Assembly: GCA_964016885.1 (NCBI GenBank)
Contig: OZ024742.1
Span: 258,788,001-258,852,000 of the forward strand
Direction of reading: 5' to 3'
Length of the DNA stretch: 64,000 nucleotides
Source of the DNA: Eledone cirrhosa
Lineage: Eukaryota
Positions 41,581-58,133 of this stretch are shown here, piece by piece; position 1 is the stretch's first letter; the number at the start of each line of letters is the position of its first letter. Position numbers and translations under genes: made by a program. Below the pieces are notes generated by a model, which was not told the DNA's origin, did no database searches, and saw nothing but the letters and a program-made list of their open reading frames with translations.

Positions 41581-41770
41581 TAAAGGGACGTAACTATGCT
41601 GGAAAGCATGGCGTCCGCCCCTCTACCGATACTGCCAATCCACCATTAATAATTGTTTCTACTTTTGGCACAAGGCCAGCAATTATCCAGTGCTTTACTG
41701 GTACTTTATTTTATCGACCCCGTAAGGATGAAAGGCAAAGTTAACCTCGGCGGGATTTGGACTCAGAATG
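41581..41770 (-). mobile_element. Two adjacent partial SINE copies
   Basis: 41650-41770 is SINE body/tail and 41581-41645 a SINE head, both antisense to 31938-32124. Confidence 0.8.
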
Positions 41771-42469
41771 GCAAGGGCCGTGCAATTTTGCAAACAAGCC
41801 TCAATTTTATATTAATATTCGAAAAACTCAGATTACATTTATTGTATTCAGCCATGTAGCGAATTTTTTATTATTATATATATATATATATATATAAAGA
41901 GAGAGAGGGGGGAGAAATGGCTTCTACGGGACTAATGATTTCAAACGAATGAAACAGTTCTAGTCCTCTTAATGTCATTTGAGGTCACCTGCCGAGGAAT
42001 CACTCACCATCTATGTATAAATTTTTGCAATTCTGTCACAATACGTGAAGAGAGAGAAGTAGTTTGACTACCTCATACTACTCCTCTCTCTTTACTTCAA
42101 CTTCCTGCGTGAATGTCTGTGTAAAAGGAAGGCAGGGGATAGTCATCAATAGAAGATGTATGTTGTGCATGTGTGTGTGTGTGAGAGAGTAGAAGTGTGT
42201 GTGTATGTGTGTGTGAGCGTGTATTGTTTTAAGCGTGTTTGCACGTTTATATATATGTATGCATATGCACATACACACACGAACACACATATACACATAC
42301 GCGTCAGCGTCTGAAAACAATTCTAGTATATATAAATGTATGAGGGTATGTGTGATTGTGTTGGTGTGTGGTTATATATAACACTGGTTTGCCAGAGACA
42401 ACACATCTTATTCTTCTTCTTCTTACTGTTGCCCTGATGATGACAATGATGATGGTGATAGTGATCATT

Positions 42470-42518
<49 letters not shown>

Positions 42519-45500
42519 CGACGATGATGATGATGAGGAGGAGGGGGGGGGGGGATTTGTAAAAGGAGGATGAGGAAATAAAGGTGGTGGTGGTGGCATT
42601 AATATCCATTACATTTTCCACTGCATGGTAGTGTTGTTATCAAGAAATTATTAAATTAATTAGTTATAGAATGATGAAAACATTAAAAACAGATATACGT
42701 ATGTAATGAAATCTATGATAACGGGTAAAGCAGTTCAGATCTGGCTGCGATAGAAAATAAAGTAAAGGTTTTGGCTCATCCAGCGCATCTACCTTACCAT
42801 CCCCTGGGGAAACGACTTCTACATTCTCTCCGCCCGGTCCGCGGGGAGGCCAGCACGTGGGACCCAATTTGCTCATAATACAGAGAGATGGGGAGGGCAA
42901 GAGAGATGGAGCCGATGCCAGTGGAAGTTCGGCTCTTCCGTGTTCGGACATCTTTATCAATTATATGTTGCTGTTGATATTTGAATAATATTTGAATAAT
43001 ATTTGAATAAAATACAGTGTAATTGGGAATAATCAGTCACACAATGAAAGGAAAAGAAGGGAAACAACAAGCACTATTAGGCAACTAAAGAAAGAAAGGG
43101 AGAAGAGAAGAGGTTAACAGACTCTACACCTGGGTCAGCGCGGACAAAATTGCAAAGACATTTCCGCTGAGAATGGCCAGCGACACCGTCAGTAACAGCT
43201 ACCCCACCTCGTTGTAACGTCCCGGCTTGTTGTTGAGAGAATTCCCTTTGTATAAAAAACACGACTAGAATATCAAACACTTTTTCTAATAATATTCACA
43301 TCGAGACATAACTTCATGGATGTATGTGGGGAGGTTATTTTTGAATTCAATCAAACGTATCGTACTCTCACTTTATACAAGAATATATCTGCTATGTTCA
43401 GCCAAAATCTTATGGAGAACATTAGAACGGCGATATCTGCTCTGTCCAAGAAATATGTCTTATCCTAATATAAGGTGTTAATATGTTACTGATATCTAAT
43501 ATATTTTACTTTTGTATGGTATCATTGAAAGATTTAAACCCTGCTGACGATCCCAGTTTATCGTTACAAAGAAGGGCCATAATGCAATGAATGGTCACTT
43601 ATTATGTCAGAAGGAATTAGTTTTGCAGCATTATTTGCTTTCCCTGTGCAAGCCTGTTTTAGATAGTTCTAAAAACGTGCTTACTATAAAATCGCCTTCA
43701 AAAAGGAGAATATTTCTCCAGTGTCATTGACAACGCTATGGAATTATTGGATTAATCTACGTTTAATGTTGTCACCATTTTCAAGAGAGAGATGGCTGAA
43801 CTTATAACATATAATAAAATAATTGGTTTCTATTATTTTCTTAATGGCATTTTTATTTCTAGAAGTAACAATACATTACAAAACCTGGCGATAATCTACA
43901 GTGATTTCTAACTTCTCTTAATAATTATGGAACTGCATTGCATAATAGTAAGTGTGTGTATATAGAATCTACTATTCAATTCTGAAAATAGAAGAGTATC
44001 AATAATTCATTTCTCCCCAATCCTCAACAAGTGGAACCGTTACTGAAACGTGCAGCGACTTCAGATTTGAAGCTCTCGTTCACGATTATTGGATTATTCG
44101 TTTAATATGCGGGATGGATTCCAAGATATTTCGATGTAATATTTCATTCATCCGTCTTCCACTTAGCCACTGAAGCGATTTTCGCCTTTGAAAACCTGAA
44201 GTATATGATTGCTGATTCTGTACTATACAACGTAAATTTATATAGCTCATTGGTTTTAGGGCTTCAGCGGCCACTCTCTCCCGTGAGGGACAACCTACTA
44301 TATTGTGTTCACGCACAATCACTGAAAATTGAAGACAATATCCTGCTATCGAAAAAGAAGCAGCAGCTACTACGGCAAGCCTATATGCATGTAAACTCTA
44401 TTATTTACTGAGAACAAATTTTATTATTTATTGATTGATCAAACGTCAGTGTCATTTATGTTTCGGCCTTTAAGCAGATCTAGAATAAAGAATCAAAGAA
44501 TTGCACGATGGAGAATGTAATATGGTGGTTTTTATAAACCATTCAGTTTCGTCCAGGGAACACTCATATATTTGCAGACGTTTGCATATAGACCCATTAC
44601 TGTAGTATGATTTGTTTCAGATATACAGAGATATCTCTGTCATCTGGGGTGTAATTGTTCGTGTATTATATCAACACTAAGTGTTTTTGTTTTCTCATTG
44701 GTCGATGTTAGACAAATCGGGTAAACTAGCAAACAAGGCTTCTTACTGAAATCAAATCTGGGCAAATAATCCATGATACACGTCCCCTCGAATTCCTCTA
44801 CTACTAATAATTCAGCTACTTATAATAATTATATACTGATAAAGGTCGATCTATATGCGAAGCAATCAGAGACAATAAAAAGTGAAAAGACAACACAACC
44901 CTGGCTGTTGTAAAATTTCTTAAGTGTATATGTTTTATCACTGTCTTTCCACATTTTATTCACTCCGAATTGATGATCAATTTCTGAGCCTGTGTCTCTC
45001 AGCCATTTCTGAATTGGACAAATTAGAAACACTCTCTATCACCAAGGTGCAAAAGTGAGGTTTCAGTTGTGTATTTAATTGCTTAATCATTCGATAACAA
45101 ACATCTGTCGGAATCGGAATGAAGCAGTTCCTTCTCGACATGCACTTAATTACGGGAGGACTGTAATTTGCACTTCAAAATTTTGAATATTAGATGAACG
45201 AATCTATGGTTAACTCAGGCAGATTACAATGAAAGATAAGAAAGGTTTAACAACACATAACCAATCCTTAGAAATAAATCCTTTGAATATGACAGACATT
45301 CGAGATCTGATGTGTAATATGTTAGAGATATATGACTTCTTCGGAAGGGGATGTAAATATCCAACCAAATAGATTATTTTTACAAGTGCAACTGTACATA
45401 ACAGATTCAGACATGCAGAAGAAAAATGAAGCTTACTGCAAGATGATTTTGCAGGTTACAATAAATAATAACGGTTATAATATTGTCAGTTTTGCAAACA

Positions 45501-45656
45501 TAATTTTCTTCAAATAAATATTTCTATGTAGGCGCAGGTATATGAACCTGATTTTAATCCGCAGTGATGCACGTTGATCAAGATTCTCATACTTTAATGT
45601 CGAGTTGACCAATGTCTTGTAAGTGGAATGTGGTAGTCGGAAACTGCAGAAGCCAA

Positions 45657-45763
<107 letters not shown>

Positions 45764-45854
45764 ATTATATATATATATATATAGGAAAGTAAAAAAACAA
45801 GAACAACACAGAAGTGCAAGTTACGAAAGGTTCACGTTTAGTGAGAGTGAGGTG

Positions 45855-45892
45855 GGGACGACGTTTCGGGCATAAGCCCTTCATCAGGAGAG
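45855..45892 (-). ncRNA. Classical minimal Penelope-type HHR motif in a solo pLTR remnant
   Basis: CTGATGA a gggc ttat gccc GAAA cg TC; helix I poorly paired. Confidence 0.65.
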
Positions 45893-46164
45893 TGGTGGGA
45901 AAGAGACGAGGAACTGCAAGAGGGAATGAGGGGGGAGTTAGTGGGGAAAATAAATAAAATAAATTAAAATAAAATATGAGTTGGAAAAAAAAAAATATAT
46001 ATAGAGAGAGAGGGGGTTGTATGTGTGTATGTGCTTTCAGTCCGAAACTTGTTGCCCTTTCTTTCTTTGCTATTTGTGTTTCTATCATCTGGTGCTGGAC
46101 TGACGCTAGAAATGTTAAAACACATTTCCTACTGTTTCAAACGTTAAACTAATATATATATATA

Positions 46165-47445
46165 TATAAAAAAGACGTAAAATAAGAAAATTATAGTCAT
46201 TAACTTACTTAATTAAATTTCACTCCTACTAATTAGTTTCTGAAAGGGGATATACATATTCTTCAAATGGAAACCATGGAGAATCCTTTCTTCATCAAGG
46301 AGACATTCTCGTCTAATATTCCTGGCAATACGCGGACACAGGGAACTTATACAAAAATAATTCAGTGGATGGAAAAAAGCAAGCGCAGAATATTTTCACT
46401 GCCTTCCTGGTCAGTGGCAAATTCAAAAGAATCAATCACGTGACATCGAGGTTAATCAGTGAGGAGTAGGGTGTTAAAAAGACAGTAGCCAAACTAATAC
46501 TATGAACCAAAATAATTTAGAGATAATTATAAAGAATTAGTATATCTGATTGATTCTTTTGAACTTGCCACTGACCAGGAAGGCAGTGAAATTTTCAATG
46601 TCTTGGAATTTAGTCCGGGCTTGCTTTTTTCCATCCACTGAATTATTTTTGTGTAACTTCCCTGTGTCCGGGTATTGCCAGGAATCCTAGCCAAGAATGT
46701 CTCTCTGATGAAGAAAGGATTCTCCATGGTCTCAGAAACTAATTAGTTGGAGTGAAATTTAAGCAAGTAAGTTAATTACTATAATTTTCTCATTTTAAGT
46801 CTTTTATATAATTGTTCTACATCTCTTTGTATTGAACCACAAAGTTACTAAGACAAAACCTATATCTTTGCTAGCTTAAGTATACATCTGTATATAAATA
46901 TGTTGGTAGATATACTAATTCTTTATAATTATCTCCAAATCATTTTGTTGAGCACAATTTGCCTGAATTACTACTATGATTCATAGTATTAGTTTGGCTA
47001 CTGTCCTTTTAACACCCCACTCCTCACTGATTAACCTCGATGTCACGTGATTGGTTCTTTTGAATTTGCCACTGACCAGGAAGGCAGTGAAATTTTCAAT
47101 GTCTAGGAATTTAGTCCGCGCTTGCATTTTTCCATCCACTGAATTAATTTTGTATAAGTTCCCTGTGTCCGCGTATTGCCAGGAATCTTAGCCAAAAATA
47201 TCTCCCTGATGAAGAAAGGATTCTCCATGGTCTCCAAGTGAAGACTATGTATATCCCCTTTCAGAAACTAATTAGTTGGAGTGAAATTTAAGTAAGTAAG
47301 TTAATTACTATAATTTTCTTATTTTACGTCTTTTATATAATTGTTCTACATCTCATTGTATTGAACCACAAGGTTACTAAGACAAAACCTATATCTTTGC
47401 TAGCTTAAGTATACATCTGTATAAATATGTTGGTAGATATACTTA
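46165..47445. mobile_element. Inverted + tandem HHR element (one antisense copy, two sense copies ~500 bp apart)
   Basis: Best HHR: ctcc-CTGATGA(47206)-a gaaagg..catggtct..agactatg..cctttc a-GAAA(47264)-ctaattag-TT-ggag; copy at 46705 has a helix II deletion; antisense copy ~46223-46305. Confidence 0.85.
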
Positions 47446-47447
47446 TT

Positions 47448-47530
<83 letters not shown>

Positions 47531-48132
47531 TATATATATATATATATGATGGCTGCCCCCTCGTTATCGAGTATGGCCATTGCACGATATATCATTATTT
47601 ATAATTATTGATTAATTCTATCGTGCAATGAAGATATTTTTTATAGTGAGGAAAAACTGTGCACTGAGCCAATCCCACTCTCTCAGCGACAGTAGCTATA
47701 ACCAGAAAAGAACAAAAGATCAACATCATCGGTAACTACTGAGCCGCAGGTTTTATATCGGAGTTATCCCAGTTTCCTAAGTTGCCTTCTCCTAGAAGGT
47801 TAGCGGTTCTTCATTCCAGTGGTTTAACCCCCTGATCGGGTGTCCAGCCCGAATATTTATATGTCCCCGCGCATATACATACACATGAACCCATGTATAT
47901 ACGCATACATATGTACATGTGTATATACATGTTTATAAACCTTTGCATGGCCGTTCACTCTTATGAGTTCTTCCGCCCTTTGTCAGGTTTTGTTTTTTGT
48001 CCTGCAGAGTGTCCAAAATCAACCTCCTCACCAAGTAAACTTGGTGGGGTTGCAGGTTTAGTCGCCGATGACCCGACCATGCGACATGTTGTACTGTGTT
48101 ACATGTTACCAGTAGCACTCAAGAGTGACCCG

Positions 48133-48192
<60 letters not shown>

Positions 48193-48542
48193 TGGCTGCC
48201 AACTCGTTTTCGAGTACGGCCACTACTCTATATCCATGTAGGAGAACCCCCACCGATGCGCTGAACGAGTCTGACTTCTTAGTCCAGCCAGCGACTTGAG
48301 AACTCTGGTACAAACACTACACCTGTGTCAATTATTGACACATAGTGCTGGGCCCATGGTACCATGTGACGACAAGTACAGAGAGTATGTATATATATAT
48401 ACATACATACATATATATATATATACATACATACATATATACATACATATATACATATATACATATATATATATATACATACATATATATATATGTATAC
48501 ATGTATATATATATACATATGTATACATATATATACATATGT

Positions 48543-48592
<50 letters not shown>

Positions 48593-48638
48593 TTATATAT
48601 ATATATACATACATATATATATATACATACATATATAT

Positions 48639-50467
<1,829 letters not shown>

Positions 50468-51367
50468 TGTATGTATTTATGCATATGTACATATACATAT
50501 GTTCGTATGGGTTGTATCGAATACTAATAATTATATCTATATATCGGTGGTGTCTGTATCTATGAAATTGTGTTTGTGTGTTTATGATTACGGTTGTGCC
50601 TTTTTTTGTTGCTCTTATCCCATCACTTGGCCTTTCGACAAAACAAGATCTATAACATAAGTACCCTATTGTATTTGATCGACATCAACAAGGTTGCAAC
50701 CTCGCATGGCCGTGATGTAATTACTGAAACTAATATGAGAATAAGTGAATTTATTCATAAGAATTTTAAATCTATAAAAAAATGTACTACTTTATTTAGC
50801 GATTCCCAGAAGAAATGCCATGCATTGATTGATATTTCTGAGTCATTAATTAACGCAGTTATTCATTATTTGATGTTTTATCGTTAATCATGTATACGTT
50901 TGTGTCAGAATATAGAAATTTAAAGTAAATAAATAAATAAATATTCAAATAAACAAATCCACGTGTATTATCTTAGTCGTGTTTAATTTATTCATTGAAT
51001 GCGCCATGTGTGTGTTGTCCTCTTCTTATATGTGTAACATATATTTAATGTGATAATTATCATATCTACACTATTTTATTTTAATTTAATCGAGTTCACA
51101 TACCTTTCATCAGCCTACGCTATTTGTTTAACGTTTTAATCTGATTTCTCTGTCACGCTCATACATTTCATACATTTATATCCATTTTCCTTCATATATA
51201 TATATATATATATATGTGCAAGAATGAAGTGTTCATTCTACTGACATGGCTATACAATTGAGGCTTGTTTGCACAATTGCAAACGAATCAAATGTTATTA
51301 CTAATATTCGAAAAACTCAGATTACATTTATTGTATTCAGCCTTGTAGAGCGATATTTTTTTATATT

Positions 51368-51500
51368 TATAACAAATGGAAACTATATTTATAAAACCAT
51401 ATCTATTATATTATACATATTTCAAGGATACCATGTTAAATTATGGTATGCTTTCATCAGACAAAATACAATATATACCAGTTTTATAAATAAACATTGA
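51368..51500 (-). ncRNA. Family B solo arm with intact HHR (51404-51468)
   Basis: tattttgt-CTGATGA-aag c ataccat..atggtat c ctt-GAAA-tatgta-TA-atataata. Confidence 0.8.
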
Positions 51501-51594
51501 CGTACCCTTTCAAAATGCAACCGTTACTTTTGGAAGACATCAAGGATATATATATACATGGATATATATATATATACATGATATATATATATAC

Positions 51595-52055
51595 ATGATA
51601 ATGAATAAATGGAAACTATATTTATAAAACCATATTTATTTTATTAATATATTTCAAGGGCAATCAAGCCAACCTTGGTGCGCTTTCATCAGATAAAATA
51701 CAAAGTTTGTTATATAAATAAAGACATACCCATGAAAGTCATACCTTATCGGACGGAAATTCACTGGATAGTCACTATCCAGTCACCATCCAGTGAATTT
51801 CCGACCGATGAGGTATGATTTTCATGGTTATGTCTTTATTTATAAAACAAACTTTCTATTTTATCTGATGAAAGCGCACCAAGGTTGGCTTGATTGCTCT
51901 TGAAATATATTAATAAAACAAATATGGTTTTATATATATAGTTTCCATTTATTTAATATCACGGAATATTTACCCTGTAATCTGTTGAGTGTTCTAAATC
52001 AGTTACACACATTTATGTTTATCAGAATTCCAACAAATTAAATACAACTTCTACA
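51595..52055. mobile_element. Palindromic mini-element, HHR family B, two HHR cores
   Basis: Arms ~51595-51770 and ~51787-51962 plus tail; cores at 51686-51692(-) and 51865(+). Confidence 0.85.
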
Positions 52056-52066
52056 TATATACACAT

Positions 52067-52248
<182 letters not shown>

Positions 52249-52249
52249 G

Positions 52250-52330
<81 letters not shown>

Positions 52331-52335
52331 TTATA

Positions 52336-52366
<31 letters not shown>

Positions 52367-52389
52367 ATATGTATATATATATATTTATA

Positions 52390-52420
<31 letters not shown>

Positions 52421-52425
52421 ATATG

Positions 52426-52498
<73 letters not shown>

Positions 52499-53039
52499 TC
52501 ATGGAGTTCATGTCATATTTCCAAGTCGGCGCAGAGTCAGTTATTTTTGGTAATTAGGTCAATAAACATCTTTTTTTCCACTGCCGTATGACTCTTTCTA
52601 TATTCTTTGAAATATTTGAACCTATTGGATTCTATGTAAATGATAAGTCAGCGAAATATTATTGAAAACCATTCGTCTTCAGAGAGAGTTTAAAGAATGG
52701 GACAAGTGTAAATTTCGAGATTCTCATGTTACACGAAGTCTTGTAAATAAAGCTGAGTTCCCGGAAACTGCTTGAAAGGTAATCGGGTTGAAGATACACG
52801 CATTTCAAAGGAATGTTCATAACATAGTGTCATGATTAAATTTCCTCGATAAAACAGAAGTGTCGGCATAATCCGCAAGGACACACCACGTTAATTTCAC
52901 AAGGAAGAAGGCCGATCATTATTGAACATGAAGAAGACACATCACCCAAGCTGACAGTAGTCCGTTTCACTTCAATCTAAGTGAATGAACACGAAAGAAA
53001 AAATGTCAATCCCATCAACATTCGCTCTATGCACAGAGG

Positions 53040-53145
<106 letters not shown>

Positions 53146-53205
53146 TATAAACACAGACACACACACACACATGCACATATAAACATATATATATGTATAT
53201 ATAGG

Positions 53206-53284
<79 letters not shown>

Positions 53285-53289
<5 letters not shown>

Positions 53290-53477
53290 AACCAGTAAGA
53301 CCCCGACGGCTGAGCTCAAGCCGTTTCGACGGCTAATTCCAGTCCAGAATTAGCCGTCGAAACGGCTTGAGCTCAGCCGTCGGGGACTTACTGGTTCCTA
53401 TTACCCACTCTACTACCCCAAGTATTGAGTACTTTGGTGCGTTATTGTCCACCTGGTTCCTTACCACATTTCCTTCG

Positions 53478-53480
<3 letters not shown>
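53285..53480. mobile_element. Half-HHR palindrome family C, copy 1
   Basis: Near-perfect hairpin ~53285-53402; right arm GAAA-cggct tgagctc agccg-TC-gggg; tail shared with 53537 and 58651. Confidence 0.75.
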
Positions 53481-53513
<33 letters not shown>

Positions 53514-53536
53514 TATATATATATATATATATATAA

Positions 53537-53714
53537 ATAGGAAAATGTATGCCCCCGACACGGCAGAGCTCAAGCCGTTTCCAGAAATAGCCATCGAAAC
53601 AGCTTGAGCTCTGCCGTCGGGGTCATACATGTTCCTATTACCCTCTCTACTACCCTAAGTATTGAGTAATCTGATGCGTTATGTCCATCTGGTCCCTTAC
53701 CACAACTCCTTCGT

Positions 53715-53716
<2 letters not shown>
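53537..53716. mobile_element. Half-HHR palindrome family C, copy 2
   Basis: Same arms and tail as 53285-53480. Confidence 0.75.
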
Positions 53717-53767
<51 letters not shown>

Positions 53768-53769
<2 letters not shown>

Positions 53770-54280
53770 CATTATGAAAAGAGAGGAAACATTAGATATA
53801 ATTAATAAAAAGATATACCATACCCAAACACCTTCTTTACTCCTCGACTACGTAGTTTCGTGTCATATTATGCAAAAACACTACATCACAGAGATATAGA
53901 ATTTTAGCTCTGTTTCTTGACCGCTGTATCACGTGATTGACTCCCCCACCGCCTTTCGGGACTCTATCTCGCGTCCTACGGACGTGTTTTGAAGCTCTTA
54001 ATGAGGTATCCTCTTGATAAGTCGGCAGACCTCACACACATTCTATATCTCTGTGATGTAGTGTTTTTGCATAATATGCCACGAAACTACGTAGTCGAGG
54101 AGAAAAGAAGGAGTTTAGGTATGGTATATCTTATTATTAATTATATCTAATGTTTCCTCTCTCCTCATAATGTATTATATAGCTCTGATACTGAATCAAT
54201 CTAATCCATTCGGATTATTTTGTCCCAGTTATTCATAGAGCAACATCGGTTGAGGTTGGCACCACTAATTCAAAGATATA
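53768..54280. mobile_element. Inverted-repeat element with decayed large-helix-II HHR (54010-54100, +)
   Basis: Arms ~53768-53902 and ~54040-54175; cctc-TTGATAA-gt c ggca...tgcc ac-GAAA-ctacgtag-TC-gagg. Confidence 0.7.
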
Positions 54281-54532
54281 TGTGGATATATTCATGTATC
54301 TGTATATGTCCGCATGTATCTGTGTGTTTCTATATATTGTATATATATATATATATATATTTTTTTTTTTTTAAATGCCGCACTGGCTAATACAACATCT
54401 CTAGCAGAAAAAATCAATAGTTACAGAAATAAGAATATAGAATATGATATGACCTGGAGTGTGCTCAAAAGAGCCACCCCTTATCAAAATAATAGAAATG
54501 AATGTAGATTATGTTCCCAAGAACTATTTGAA

Positions 54533-54711
54533 ATAATTGTTTCTACTTTAGGCACAAGGCCAGCAATTACCCAGTGCATTACTGGTACTTTATTTTATCG
54601 ACCCCGTAAGGATGAAAGGCAAAGTCAACCTCGGCGGGATTTGAACTCAGATCGTAAAGGGACGTAACTATGCTGGAAAGCATGGCGTCCGACCCTCTAC
54701 CGATACTGCCA
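54533..54711 (-). mobile_element. SINE inserted into the PLE endonuclease coding region
   Basis: Antisense SINE; removing it rejoins ELFEI-MKSKDILLNKR. Confidence 0.85.
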
Positions 54712-55926
54712 AATGAAATCTAAGGATATCCTATTAAATAAGCGACAGGAATTAATTATATCGTGTAATCATAAACTGAGAAAAACATTTAAATATTATA
54801 AACCTAATTAATAATATATATTTTAGAAATTAATATATAATTTAATTTAAATGTTAGTTAACCTATAAATTTAATTTAATTAAAATTCTACTACAGATAA
54901 GATTATAAGATATTGTGTAATCATAAATTGTGAAAAACCTTTAAATATTATTAACATAATTAATATATACTTTGTAAATTAATTTATAGATTAATTTTAG
55001 TTTATTTAACCTTTTATTAAAATTCCTTTACAGATGAAATATAACAAAATATCGTGTAATCAATGACAGAGAAATATTTTTTAATATTATAAACCTAATT
55101 AATGTACAATTTAGAAATTTATTTATAAATTAATTTTAATTTAGTTAACCTAAAATTTTAATTTAATTAGCTTAAAATTAAAATTCTAATACAGATGGAT
55201 TGCAGAATATCATGTAATCATAAACTGAGATAAATTTTTAAATATATACCTAATTAATATATTCTTTACAATTAAATATATATATATATATATCAATTTT
55301 AATTTTTGTTAACCTATAATTATATTCTACTATAGATAAAATACAAAATCTGTTTTAATTATTATAAACCTAATTAACATATACTATAGAAATTAATATA
55401 TAAATTTTAGTTTAGTTAACCTATAATTTATATTCTACTACCGATGAAATACTTGATTTGCTTTTTCCCTATTACTAAATTCATTTCCTAATATTGATAC
55501 CATAATGTTAATATTTTTAATTTAGTTATGCTATAATTAATACTCTACTACTGTTTAACTTCAAAATTCCGCTTCAAATATTATAAACCTAAGTAGTATA
55601 CACCTTAGAAATCAATATATTAACTATTTTTAATTTAGTTAACCTATAATTAATAGTCTACTTATATTAAAATGCATAATTTTGCCTTCTTTCTTACATT
55701 TCCTAATACTGAAACTACTATGTAAACACATATTATGATCTAAATGCAGATTATTATTCTATGTTCCTTGAAACCTATATTTACTATAATCCCCCCCCCC
55801 TATAATTATTTGTATTTGTAAGCGTGGATGTATGTATGTGTATGTAAGTAGGTATGTATGTTTGGGTGTTTGTATGTGAGTATAAAAATACATATGTGCG
55901 CATGTAAATAAGCGTGTATGATTGTG

Positions 55927-55973
<47 letters not shown>

Positions 55974-56214
55974 ATATATGTGTATATATATGTATGTATA
56001 TATATGTGTATATATATGTATGTATATGTATGTGTATATATATGTCCATGTCTATGTGTGTGTATATATATACGTATGTGTGCGTGTGTATGTGAGTATA
56101 TATATATATATATTTGTAGTGATGTGTGTATGTATATATATATATGTGTGCATAATTGTCTGACTGTGTGTATTTATTTATTTATTTATTTATTTATATA
56201 TATGTATATATATG

Positions 56215-56254
<40 letters not shown>

Positions 56255-56256
<2 letters not shown>

Positions 56257-56443
56257 TTTTAATATAGATGTGATTCTACAGGACTAGAACTGTTTCATTC
56301 ATTAGAAATCATCAGGAATCTGATTTCTAATGAATGAAACCGTTCTAGTCCTGTAGAATCACATCTATATTAAAACTTTTATACTCTGCTATGTATTGAG
56401 TACCTTACTTACTGTGGTTACCTCCGATTCAACCCGGAATAAC

Positions 56444-56445
<2 letters not shown>
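56255..56445. mobile_element. Short palindromic element with central HHR-like core, nested in (TA)n
   Basis: Arms ~56255-56308 and ~56319-56378; minus reads CTGATGA tttc taat gaat GAAA cag; related decayed copy at ~41920-41970. Confidence 0.7.
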
Positions 56446-56505
<60 letters not shown>

Positions 56506-56741
56506 GTGTATATGTATATGTGTGTGTGTGTGTGTGTGTATATATATTTATGTGTATATATATCTATATATATATATATAGATATATATATTTGTATATG
56601 TGTGTATGTATATCTCTTTCTTTATGTATGTCTGAGTTGTGTGAGCGTGTGGTTGTATGTGTATATGCATACGTGGATGTGTGTGTGTGTGTATATATGC
56701 GTATATGTATGTGTGCGTGTATGTGTGTATATATATGTGTG

Positions 56742-56782
<41 letters not shown>

Positions 56783-57026
56783 GTGTATATGTGTGTGAGT
56801 ATATGTGTGGGTGTATGTGTATATATATATGGGTATGTATGTGCATATGTGTATGTACATGTGTGTGTGTGTATATATATATATGTGTGTGTTGTGAATA
56901 TATGTATATATATATATATATATATGTGTGTATCTATGTGTGTCTATGTATTTATATATGTATATGTATGTGTCTCTATATGTATGTGTGTCTATATATA
57001 TGTATATATATGTGTATATATGTGTA

Positions 57027-57069
<43 letters not shown>

Positions 57070-57680
57070 CGATTTATATTTTATATTTTACTTGTTTATA
57101 TATATTTTTTTAAATATATTTCTTTTTATTTCTAAATTTATAGATACATTTTATAAATAGGCAGTTTGTCTGATACCCGTACTAACTACTGACCCCCTCA
57201 CCTACTTTCTGCATCTGGATCTAAATATATGTGGCAGTGCTTATGTGCGCGCCTTAATATCCATATGCTTATGATAATAATATATACATATATGTGTGTG
57301 TGTATGAGAGGGTGTGTGTGTGTGTGTATGTTCGTGGTTATGTGTATGTTTATGCGTATATGCGCGTGTGTGTGTGAATGTATGTATATGTGTGTATATA
57401 TGAATGTATATATGTTTATATACATATATGTATTTTATCTGTAGATTATAGACATACAGAGACATTAGCCCTGAATTTTTGTATTTACATACATGTTTTC
57501 GACATGCGTATGCATGTGAGCATATATTTTTATGCATATCTGTGAACCAAGTTACTTACATATATACACACACCTAACTGTATTTTCTTGATATATTTTT
57601 GTGTATTTCATTGGTCAATTTGAACTCTGTTCCCAAACAGACCTGTAATTTTGAATTGTTGTTATTATCAATAAATATAT

Positions 57681-57833
57681 TTCATTATTTCTGAAGACGG
57701 CATATGTATGTGTTGGTATGTATATTTAATTTGATAGTTTGTATAATTTTGTATAATTTTGTACATAGATCTGTTGAATATGCATGCCAATTCTAACACA
57801 TATATGTCCTAGAAACGATCGTTAAATAATGAA
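57681..57833 (+). ncRNA. Hammerhead ribozyme with ~115-nt helix II domain
   Basis: 10-bp helix I ttcattattt/aaataatgaa; CTGAAGA at 57691; GAAA at 57812; palindromic ACGATCGT; GUU site. Confidence 0.8.
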
Positions 57834-58133
57834 CTTTTTTTGTTTAATATAAGGAACTGTTTCATTGTTTTATTCATTATTTTTTTAATATTTTATCTTG
57901 ACTCTGTATTCCATTTATCTTTCACCGAAAGTGATTTTTGAATGCATCTCTTCTTTCCATGATATCCGGATTACATTGAGTTCTTCATACGGATTGGACA
58001 CTACCGTAAACTCTTGGTAGATTTATCTACATATATATATATATAATGTAGGAGGTGAGTTTTATTGTAGTACAATAAAGCAATGCAGATATCGGATAAG
58101 AAGCACTCTACAGTTTGTGGGACTGGAGTATGC

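Larger units (their letters stand above)
54370..58030 (+). mobile_element. 3' fragment of a Naiad-like PLE (GIY-YIG end, long repetitive 3' UTR, terminal HHR)
   Basis: TTSLAEKI..WSVLKRATPY..CRLCSQE [SINE] ..LLNKRQELIISCNH; HHR at 57681-57833. Linking the HHR to this ORF is inferred from strand and order. Confidence 0.7.
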
